Part shown: positions 15,001 to 26,000 of the stretch, piece after piece
Numbering within the stretch: the first letter of the stretch is position 1
Layout of the letters: the number at the start of each line of letters is the position of its first letter
Assembly: GCF_964355755.1 (NCBI RefSeq)
Contig: NC_092675.1
Coordinates: 22,044,912-22,108,911, forward strand
Direction of reading: 5' to 3'
Length of the DNA: 64,000 nt
Source: Antedon mediterranea
Taxonomy: Eukaryota > Animalia > Echinodermata
Notes under the pieces: generated by a model
Seen by the model: only the letters and a program-made list of their open reading frames with translations
Databases searched by the model: none
What the model was told of the DNA's origin: nothing
Made by a program: the position numbers and the translations under genes

Positions 15001-18000
15001 GTACAAAATACGTATACTAAATGTATAATTTGATGCATACACTACCCCTTTTAATTTGTGTTCTTTAGCTAGTAAATAACATTATATATTTATTTAATTT
15101 ATATATATATATTGTTTTCAGGTCAAGAAGAATGATCGTGTAATTGATCTACCAATCCAGTTCGAGAAGACCACCATTATTCGTGACAACGGCATCATCC
15201 GCGTTGACAACACCAATGGCGTGACCGTTCGTTGCAACTTGTACAGTGAATACTGTACTGTGAACGTAACTGGCTGGTATTTTGGCAAGACCCGTGGACT
15301 TTTCGGTACCTACAATTATGAGAAGAATGATGACATGACAAAATCTAATGGACGCGTCACCGACAATGTTCCCGAGTTTGCTCGTAGTTGGCAGGTCGGC
15401 CGAAAATGCAACGATCACGATAATGATGCTAAACGTTGCGATGCCAATCCAAAGTTGGAGAGCAACCAAAGGTGTGCTGAGCTTTTCTTAGACTTCAGAT
15501 CTGAGTTTAGTCGCTGCTTTACAGAGGTATGTTATTTTAATGTTAATTTAATGTTTCTATTTAAATATTTCTCATCTTATTCTTGAACATATAATAGTTT
15601 ATAATAGTGTAGATACAAGCTATTCAATAGCTTTATAATTACTCTTTGAAATATCTTGCACTTCTTCATTTTAAAGTTTTATCTTTCTCATTTCTGAAAT
15701 ACATTGTTTTTTAATATCATATTTCCACATTTTAACAAAAATAATAACTCTGAAACAATCATTTTATTAATATTTATTTTATTTCATTCAGGTGGATCAA
15801 AACATGTTTTACAAAATGTGCGTCAACCAGAAGTGTGGTTTGTCGCTCAGTCATGACATTGCATCAGCTATATGTAATGTTTCAAATGCCTACCGTGAGC
15901 AGTGCAGACAACAGGAAGTTATGTTGAAGCCTCTTAGGGAATGTGGTATGTGAATTATATTATTTTTTTCAAAGATTATTGATCTGGTGCTCAGATGAGA
16001 TGCACATGCATTCTTAATTAGAACTCAGAACTTATGTTATTTAACCAAAAGAAAGATTCAATTTAATATGTTTTTATGGTAAATGTTTATGTTTAAAAAC
16101 AATTTCTCTTCCACCTTAGTCATGTGCAAAGGTAGTGAAAACCAAGACTTTTATAAAAATGAAAGGGAACGTCTTGAAGAAGATGATGATAAACCACAGT
16201 CAGCTGATATCATCTTTGTTGTTGAAGAGAAACTATGTGCCCAAGAAGTTGTCAAGAGGCTACCAGATCTTGCAGATTCTTTGAACACTGAACTTAAAAA
16301 GAAAGGTAAGCGGTGAACTTATATGAGTCACACCAATTTCGTTCAGTGTAGATAACTAAGTCAAAGACACGTTGGATTAATGGTAGAAAATACAGATTCT
16401 AATCACATTCTGGATCTGGTGTAATAACCCAATACTGTTAGTTAAACATATAATGTAAACTTTCTATCAATGTTAATTGCTATTTTTTTTCCCACAGGTA
16501 TGAAGGAAAATCGCTTTGGTCTTGTTGGATTTGGTGGTCCAAATATCCATGATATACCTCACATGCACACAATTGATCATCAAATTTTCAACCATCAGCG
16601 CAAGCTACAGCTTGGAATTGACAGTTTGGAGTTTGGAGAAGGTGGTAACAATGACACATTTAAAGCACTTGAGAAGGCTGCTAACTATCCATTCCGTGCT
16701 GGTGTTGCCAAGAACATCATCCTAATCTCTTGTTCACAATGCAAGGACAGTAAGGTAATATTTGAGAATGTGTTAATATTTCTTTTTTTCTCTAAAAATA
16801 AAGATGTTTTTACTTGACCAACACACGTAAATTTAAACATTTGAGCTTATGATAATCAGTTGGAATTAGGTCTATGAGGTTATTAAAAAAATAAAAAAGT
16901 GTCGAACATCTCATCCACATTCTTTGTTCAAATGCACACCAGTTAACCATATCTACCAATTGTAGAAAAGGCCCTCTTGTATACAATTTATATGTCTGTT
17001 CTTAGTTTTAACTGTTCTTTCTTTAGTTCAATTTTTATTCTTCAGTAAATTTCTTGATGTTTTTTTTATAGATGACATACATGAGGATTAGCCGAACTAT
17101 TATTAAACGTGGTATTAACTTCAACATACTTATGAACTACAACTTCACTGGAAAGGCTGGTAAAGATGTCAGTGTATATGGTAAGTACATTATCATATGG
17201 ATGAAAGAGAGAAAGAGAGGGGTGGGGTGGGGTGGATTGGAAGTTGCAACTTTAAAATAAGGAGTTTTGGAGTTTCAGCTTAAAAAATAGAGGAGGTTCT
17301 TCTCCAGTTTTTTGAAAAATAAAAACAAATTACAATATTTCAGGTATTGATGAACGTTTTGCATTCACACGCAAGTCATCATCTGGACAATTGGGCGATG
17401 CTGATCTTCGTCGTCGCATCAAAGAACCAACTAGCAAGTGCGCCATCCTTGCTCTTGAATCAAACGGTACAATCTTTGACATGCAATCCATTAACGACAA
17501 AAAGTTCATTGATGTGTTTACGCAACGAATGCTACAGACAACCATGCCAATGGAATGTCAAGTTTGCAAGTGTGTAGCTGATAAAGAAGGAAGTGGCATC
17601 AGCATCTGTGAGAAGTGTTTCAATCCATTGATCAAGGTAAGCTGGCTACATCTCTCACAAACATAATAATATTAGGTTTTCACAATGAGTTTGTGCATAA
17701 ATCAATACATTTATAAACATTAAACATTAATTTCTTAAATATTTAAAACTCATTCCCAATACCGGACACCCTGAAAGTCAGAAAATATTTAAAAATCAGA
17801 CCCAAATCCTTATATTCCTAAAAGCACACTCTGAATGCCAGACTTTCAGATTATTCAGAAATTATTAGGTCAACCCAAAGGTATTGGGAGAGTTTACTGT
17901 TTACAATGTATGTTGGTGTTAATGGAATATGGGAATTGCCAGCCATCACTTTAGTACAGTACAGTTGGGTCTGGGTTGTGTTCACAAAATGTTGTTAAAT

Positions 18001-18347
18001 GATTCTCTTCAAACTGAACTATATAAGAATAAAATCTATCTATGTTTTATTGTAATATAAAGTATTAGATGTGGTCATCTAACACCACATGTCTGTTCTG
18101 CTTCACTGTTGTGTGAAAATTTGTGGAGTTACTAGTATTATGATGTTTTTGCAATTGCTTAGGTAAACTATACAATAGTTACAATCTAGAATTTAACTTA
18201 GTTCCGACTGAAGAGCAAAAATATTATTAAGTTTTACATTTATCTTTTCAGTCACCATACCGGCCAATTACTGATATGCAAGTATACATTTCCGAGAAAG
18301 TCAAGCCCCAGAAACCAAACAAGAAAGCAAATATAAGCAAGCAATAA
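32..18347 (+). CDS. Apolipophorin-II/I-like large lipid transfer protein (Vitellogenin_N/LLT module, DUF1943/DUF1081-like, long beta region, helical region, VWD, C8, vWA-like); 5' end outside window
   Basis: 37 phase-consistent GT-AG exons: 32-215, 571-711, 1044-1233, 1569-1815, 2050-2215, 2448-2630, 2893-3045, 3420-3564, 3772-3930, 4167-4453, 4684-4815, 5095-5312, 5532-5714, 6006-6162, 6451-6564, 6698-6863, 7162-7437, 7731-7939, 8168-9931, 10131-10490, 10764-10880, 11003-11338, 11621-11786, 11992-12176, 12430-12657, 12816-12959, 13064-13316, 13629-13861, 14078-14561, 14720-14931, 15122-15526, 15792-15945, 16120-16305, 16498-16754, 17072-17180, 17344-17636, 18252-18347 (TAA). Total 9,292 nt, about 3,096 aa. 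LLTP motifs: WVLNFKRGVLSAFQ, ETDVTGIC, LALKALGN, VGSYVWSFLKNL, DPRKFSRNME, FIPRQVSVD, LLEIGGRVEG, PRFPLSG. Confidence 0.92.
4400..4411 (+). other. Furin-type cleavage site RQKR (apoLp-II/apoLp-I boundary)
   Basis: cgt caa aag cgt = R-Q-K-R, preceded by another R. It lies just after the EIGGRVEG...GPDG motif, about 600 aa into the in-window CDS, where insect apolipophorin precursors are cleaved. Confidence 0.8.
14720..15945 (+). other. VWD + C8 domains of the + strand LLTP (3 exons)
   Basis: AMMMGTEHFTTFD...CSYILASDF...VRCNLYSEYCTVNVTGWYFGKTRGLFGTYN...FARSWQV...FSRCF...YREQC. Confidence 0.88.
16120..17636 (+). other. vWA-like C-terminal domain of the + strand LLTP
   Basis: ADIIFVVEEK...NRFGLVGFGG...YPFRAGVAKNIILISCSQC, ending in a Cys-rich CQVCKC...C segment. 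Confidence 0.7.
17745..17900. mobile_element. Degenerate MITE (CAGT-ended, pogo/Tc1-like)
   Basis: Left taaaactcattcccaatac matches the reverse complement of right gtattgggagagtttactg; located in the last intron. Confidence 0.35.
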
Positions 18348-18446
18348 TTGATTAACATCGAGTTAATTTGAAATATTTTGAAACTATCCAATGAGAGAAT
18401 AAGATGTGTTAATTTAAACAATGAAAACTTTAAATTTTTTTATTTG

Positions 18447-18452
18447 AATAAA
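18447..18452 (+). terminator. Candidate polyadenylation signal of the apolipophorin-like gene
   Basis: AATAAA 100 nt after the stop codon. Confidence 0.5.
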
Positions 18453-20060
18453 AGAAAAAGATTCACATAAAGCAGACATTTTGATCATCAATATTTTCAG
18501 TGAACACTTTCATTTCTTAAGTGTATAGTAATTAGAGGGAAGCTACTAAGTAATAGAATGTCATGGAAGGTATTACAACACAGGTGGTTTAAGGATGCTC
18601 ACATCTTGGATATGCTCTGTTACTTTGTAGTCTTTACAGATATTGAATGCCGACACTACATGATACCGATTTTCCAGAATTAAGTTGTTGGTAATTAATA
18701 TCTGTTATGAACTTTGACATAATCCTTGATTTGTATTGTTTACTGAACCATAAAGCAATGAAAATAATGTCCTCCATAATTGAACAATGCAAGATTATGA
18801 AAACTATGCAAATGTTTTCGCGTGAAAGCAATAGTAGACACTGAACCATAATCTGTATTATGTAAAGTTAGTTTAAGAAAATGTTGTAATTTTTCTTTTT
18901 GTTTAGTTGAAAGGAAATACTAAAACATGTTTATTTGTAGTGGTGAGGATACTGGATATGGTCATTATTTTAGTAAACTTAGTGAGGTTTAATTTGTATG
19001 TAAATTGTAAAGTTTGGTATGATGAATATTTGTAATTTGTTTCTTTAAGTAGTTTGTAATACTTTATTAAGTGGAAAATAAAAGGTGATTTTAAAACTAT
19101 GAATGATATTCCATTTGATAATTTGTTGATTTTTTTAGACATCAAAATATTAAATTTTGTTAACAGAAAGATAATAACTGTACTATATTTTATGTTGAAG
19201 CAAAGTTGGTCCACAAAAGAGATAAAATCTAAAATCTAAATCACTTGAATAAATAGATAATAATTGTCTTTTAGAAACGGGTCCACATAAAAATAACTAA
19301 TTTTGACTACGGTTCAAAAAATCCAAATTGCTTGGTCTGAATTGTGTTTTAAAACAATTTTTATGTGGAGCAATTTTAGCTTCAGTTTTTGAAAATTATT
19401 ATTTAGAAATAGACTGATAGAGTGCTTAATACAAATGGTACAATGACTTATATCAATATCAGAAGAAAACAATTTCCAACAATCTGATCACCAGGATGGA
19501 TCAGAACTGACACAGGAGCATGAATAAAAAATAGTGAGGAAGATCTGTGCAATTGGAAAAACAGACTATCCTATGCTTCATATTTAGATATATTACTATC
19601 CCATCAGACTCTCGTAACGGTATGTTCAAACCTAATTGGATAGCAAATCACAATTGTAGACAGTTGGATAGCACTAGTTAATACACATTCAGATCCTTTG
19701 GCTTTTTCATGTAAGTTAAATTTTAATAGAAATGGAGAAACATTAAACCACTTCCAGCAATAAATTCTGAAATAAATAACAGTTACACATGTACAATAAC
19801 AAATGATTAATGATTTTGATTATTCAAAAAACAATTAATAACAAAATAATAAATCTACCATTATCTAATAATGTCAATAGATTTAACATAATACAGGTAG
19901 TTTAATACTGCAATGATTTTAAGTACTTGCTTACCTTATAATATTGTACGTCATCGCTGTAGCAGAAGCATTTCATTGGCTGAAATAGGTAATTACTCAA
20001 GCAGAACGAAAACTTTATAAAAGGTCAATTAGGCTAAGTTCCCATACCAAGTTAAATTGA

Positions 20061-20077
20061 GTTAGCGCGTAGCAACC
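20061..20077 (+). promoter_or_regulatory. Possible RFX X-box upstream of the LRR gene
   Basis: GTTAGCGCGTAGCAAC has a good RGYAAC half-site about 22 bp before the predicted ATG (20099); a reverse CCAAT (attggc) lies at about 19975. Confidence 0.4.
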
Positions 20078-20098
20078 AAGGACGCTAACTTTTCCACA

Positions 20099-23000
20099 AT
20101 GCGGTTGTCTAAACAGGTTTGTTATTCAATATTTTGTCAATATGAATACCCGTCATTATATAATAGTCTACTATTAGGTCTAGAGTAAGCTAGTAGTAGG
20201 CTAGGCCTACCACAACACCCTAACCTAAGACCTACCAATTGATTGTGGCTAGCCTTCTTGTTGGCCTAGCTACCTACTAGTGGTAGGAGTGGAAGTAGGC
20301 CTAGCCTATCTAGGGCCTGGCACCTTCTGGGTAGTGAGAGGGCGGGCTAGAGACAGGCCTTGGGGCTGGAACCAATCAATTGACAAGTAAACATGTACAC
20401 TATTGCCACACAGATATGTTTGCTATTATATTAATTTATGCATGTATTTATTATTATTATTAATATATTAGCTTAGTTAGGGCCCAGGCTAGGCCCTATA
20501 TTATATAATATTAATTGTTTTTATTACATTTAATGATTTATTTTTCATAGATTCTCTTGTCTAAAGCCAAGAAAAAACTTAAATCAGTTGAATATATAGA
20601 TCTGTCAGATTTAGATATTGGTAAGACCGATTATTATTATTGTGAACATTTTTTTATATATAGGCATACGATTTAGGGCGGCACAATAAAAGAAGGTTTT
20701 GCTTAATTATATCATAATCTAGATACATATGTACCTTTAATTTATCGTGTTTTGTTTCCGTTTTTTTAACTATGACCAGAAAAGATGTAGGCCTATCCCT
20801 TCTAAGACTTAAATTTCTTTTAACTTAAATATCTGAACTTCCATACAACTATTGATTTATCTTTTTCATAATGATGTATTTATTGTTGTATGAAAAATAA
20901 ATGTTGTATTCATAAAATCTTCAATTAATCTCTCATGGAGAGTTTCGTGAGTTAAAAGCTTAAGATTCCAATTTATTTGCCACTAAAGATTATTATCTGA
21001 AAAATTCTTACTTATAGCGGTATCTTTTTACAGTTGCAATTGAATGGTTAAGCCTGTGCCCAAAACTACAAAGTTTAAACTTAAGAAATAATTATATAGA
21101 TATTGTTTGTAATCTAACATCTTGTAATCAGCTATGGAACATAGATCTTGCAAACAACAGGGTAAGTTTTTAATACTATAATATTTTTTAATAATAATTT
21201 AAAAATGAAAGAATCAGACTGCACTCCAAAAAAAATATAAATCTTCCCTCACTTTAGTCTCTCCAGCTCTGCAATACATAGTGAATTCTTTAATTGTTTT
21301 ATTTTATTCCACAGATTACAAATTTAGAGGGTCTTTCAAGGTTTGTTGCACTAGGTTGTTTAAATTTATCAAACAATAGCCTGACATGGACTGAACTGAG
21401 GAAAATTCAACATCTACAAATCTTGGATGTTTATTTGCATGGAAACGTAAAGTTGGAAAATGATCCTAACTGTAAGTATAAGTATACAAATTAATGCACA
21501 CAAGGACAACTAAGCAAATAATCTGATTTTTGATTTAGAATACAGCTAAAACCTGCACAAATTTTAAAGCAATCTTATTAATTAACAAATACTTAGATTT
21601 AACCATATACAGTAAGTCTATTGTATTTAAAACTGCACCAGCCCATTATACAGTAGTGAGAAAATGCCTTACTGAAAATGCCTTACTGTACATGCAATCA
21701 AACATATCTGATGAACATGAGCGTTAAATATATGTAAAATGTCATTGTAGACTATCTAATCTATTAATTGTTTTTGTCTGTTTTTGTAGATCGTATTCAT
21801 GTTATAGATGTATTGCCTAACATTTGGACATTGGATGGCAGAATGATCACATGTAAGTATATGTGTACAACACCATCAAGACTATGTATTTATTCTTTTA
21901 AACAAAATTGAGCTAAAAAATACACATAGTGACAAAACAAAATAATATATTTATTTACACTTTCTATGGCACACTTATGATATACATCAAGCAAAAGTGT
22001 TTGTAGTACCCTGGTGTTCTGGTATGTATCAGCCACTATTGTATACAAAAATGAATGACGCCATTTTCAGCTGAAACACTCAAAGGGATCCTTAGGGGGA
22101 AGTGAAAGCTGTTTTCCACAGCACCATTCAAATGTATATGTAATGCATTCTGGTCCTCAAGTTTAACTGGAAACTGAGGAAATTTGGATTAGGCCCTCCA
22201 CGGACCCACGGCAGCCAGTCTACCAGATCAGCACACCGGGAGACGATCCCTTACTCTTTTCGAATAGTGTACCAAGTTCATTAACGTGCACTGTTAAGTA
22301 CACGGGACCAACATCCCATCTGAAGAACGAGGCAATGAGAGTAAAGCATCTTGCCTAAGGATGCAATTAGTATGGTACAGATAACCTCGAACCCATGCGT
22401 ATCACATGCTAGTCTGATATTACCATTACACCATCACTCTCTGGTATACAGCACCCGCCGATATTTCTAGACGGTCTTCTATCCAGAAAGCCACCAGGCC
22501 CAACGTTGCTTAACTTCCTACATTTAATGTCCATCATAGAGTACATCTGTACGTTTGTGGAACATTGATTGTAAACGCAAGAAATTGTTTTTATAATTTG
22601 GCAATGTATTTGTTTTGTATAAATATAGCAACTGAAAGCATGAACATTTTTTTGAAGAGTCTTCACTTTCATCTCATCCAGTTGTGAGTTTCATTTTCAT
22701 AATTTATTGCATCCTTGCCTTTCATCTTGATTTATTTCATTATCATTGTCTTTCATATTGTGCAGAACCTTGTGTGAGTATAGTCGCAAATGGGTTGGTC
22801 ACATTTATGCACCAGCTGAGCTTAAATGTTGTGGTTCTGTTTCTGTTTATAACGCTGTTTCTTTGTCCTATGAATATTGAATACATAAAAGTTAACTTTT
22901 ACTTTTCTTGAAGAAGTGAATATATTATACATTATACAGAATCAATGTATATCCTATTTGTAATGTTTTTTGTTTTGCATTTTCAGCGACATAAGCACAC

Positions 23001-26000
23001 AAAGAAATGGTTTGTTCCAACTGCCATGAAAAATATTGACGTTGTAGGCACTTATGGAGAAAGGGTTAGTCATCTTGTTTGAGTCATTTCACATTTTTCT
23101 TTTTGCCACATTGTCTTGACTTCTAGTTCTTAGTTGCCACAAAATGGTATGATCCTATTTAGCATATTAACTCGGAAACACAACTGAATCATTAAACATT
23201 TTTGCTTTTTTGTTAAATGTTTTTTACTTTACTTCTTTTAGACAATGCATCTAATGGTGCGGTTCCCACGAATTGAATGTCTGAACGTTGATACAGATAA
23301 ACGCAGAATTAAGTATTTAGCATGTAACCTGCAACGAGACTTGTTACTTGAAGAAGCTTACAATGTATGGTAAGTATTATTAACAACAATATAGCTTTCA
23401 AAGCATTATGTTTGCAGTATGAAAACTTTTCATAAGTCTCTTTAGGTTTTTTTCTGGATGTCTATTCATACACCACTGAATTTCTTCTAAAACTTTCTAA
23501 AAAGCACATTTTATAATTGTTTTACCAACATTGATAACATTAGGTTTGATCAACCTTTTGAAATATATTTTCCAAGGACAAAATTTCATTACAGAAATAG
23601 GCCCTTGCTTAATTCTAACTAACAACCACATATTAAAAGTTGAATTGAATTGAATATATATTAATTGATCAGAACTTGGCTTATTAAAAACTACTTCAAT
23701 GGAGTTATTAATATCAATATCATCCACATTATATATTCATTTTTAATATTCTTATTTGTAAATTCATTTATCGTTTCTTGTCATTGCTTGATTTTATTTA
23801 TCTCTTGGTTCAAAGGTCAAATGATAATGCTTTACCAACCAATTTTCTTGAGAAGCTTATTTGGTGTAGAGCAAAAGATTGCCAACATTTCAATGTACTG
23901 CTACTTCTCTTGGTAGCTTCTCTTGAATATCCCCTTCCGACAGTACTAATGGAAAGTACTTTACAAGAGGCAAAGTTAGATAAATTAAGGTATGCTACAT
24001 TGATTAAGGTCCTTGACTATAATTTATCAGTGTTTTTTGTTTTTTTTTTGTTTAAGATAATTATAAAGCAGTGTTTAAGTGGAAAACTGACGCATTATTT
24101 ATCAATGCAGTTCTTTCTATTTTAAGGAATGGAATAAGGATTAACCTTGTACATGCTACACATAACCAACATAATATTATGATTATTTTAAGTTGGTTGT
24201 TTCCAAGTCGGTATATCCCAATGATTGTCATTTGCAAATGGAATCACACCTTCATTAAAACTCTGTCGACACTATCAAATTCTATGTGGCTATGAAATGT
24301 GCCCATACGATGACATCATATTACTACCATATTTGGATAGATAGAGCTTTACTGGCAATATGCATATAGGAAAACATGAACTTATGCTATAAAAATGAAC
24401 CCTGAAATTGTTGCCAGCCTTTTATATCATGATACCATATAATGCTTCTCTGTTCTTGAACAAATTTAGTGAAACCTTTTTACATCAACTTCATCATTTA
24501 CATTCAGTAATTAATTAATTGATATTGTTTTCCAAAACTTACAGTCAAATTTCTACTATTCATCTGTTTTTGTTGCCAAAGGACATAAGATGTCGTATAT
24601 GTTGTCTCTTGTTAAGTGCAGTTAAAGTTGATCGTGATGCTAAAAAGGTATTGATATTTTTGTTATTCAATGATTTGTCAAAGTCTAGACATGCTGAGTT
24701 TTGTGCAATATAGCATTGTAGGCAAGTCAAGAGAAAGAGTATTAAATTGGATGTCCAGTTTATCTGGCTCAAATACACTTAAAATAACCCAGTGCATCTG
24801 GCAGAAGAGTAGGAGGCAACTCCCTTGTTTTTCTGCCCTGTCGAAATGATGACCGAAGAAGATGACCTTTACAGCCAACATGAGGCAATGAGATAAAAAG
24901 ATGTGTCTGTTTAATATAATAGCTTATTTATATTACAGTACATACTTTATTACATGAAATTAATCAGTCTTTCAATGTTGTTGTACATAGGATGATAGCC
25001 TTCATGACAAGTTATATTTGTGCCTGCACTACACTGTCATGGACATTGCAAAGAGAATGCATGCTGTCAATGACAGACCACTCTATAATACTTCAAAACA
25101 GATGTGAGTATGCATACCCTTTTATACATGCGGGAACGCTATTCAATATTAGCTATACCTTTGTTAGGCAATATTTGTAAATAGTACGCTTGTATTTTGA
25201 TGAACTCAGCTTCAAGCTTCCTTAATACAAAAAGCATGGTGGCTCCCAAAGATGATTTCAATAAAACACTTGACAATGATGTGACCTAAGATTGTTTTTT
25301 TTTCTCATTTTATGATTTGTATGCTGTGGGTGTTTTTAATTCTGTAGGTATTGCGAGTATCGAAGCCTTTTAGCAGCAGAAGTAGTACAACTGCTTTGTA
25401 TAGTTCCAGTATTCTTTGAATTCATTCAAAATGACCCAGGTGTAAAGCACCTTGTGTCGGTAGCATCTGCTGATGATGATATGCAATATAAGGTTTCAAT
25501 GCTAATGTCAAAGGTCATTGCCAATGGAGTAGGTTTGATTTTCTTTTTAATATTCTACAAAAATTACTATGAATCTAACAAGTAAATTTATAAATTAGAA
25601 GCACACATTTTTGGTAAACTTCACAAGAGTGAACCATGGGGCTAATTAATGGCAATAAAAGATTAAATCTTCTTGATAAAAACATAATTTAATATTCATC
25701 ATTTTAGGGAAATACAAGCCAAGTAGTAGAAGAAGTAAGTGAACTGCTTTTGTCTGCTCTATATGAGAATACAAAGAATGTTATCAGTCACAAGATTCCA
25801 GCGAGGCATCCTGCTGCCAGATATGTTTTGTCAGTAAGTTACTGTATCATGGCATCTTAACATATATTTGGTATTACACTACTTTATAGGCTGATCCATT
25901 CAGTTGAGTGTTCATGAGGTACCCTTTGACACTTTGATTAACTAAAGTGATTCAAAATTTACAATAGTTAAATATGTACAATTCCGGTCATTTTGATATC

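Noticed and set aside
19925-20060. Possible divergent transcript (minus-strand GGTAAG donor at about 19930-19935) from the LRR promoter
   Set aside because: Only a single donor-like hexamer; I could not find a downstream exon or ORF. RNA data would be needed.
22445-22518. Functional 5S rRNA gene
   Set aside because: The 5' third is missing, there are many substitutions and no terminator, and it is fused to SINE sequence.
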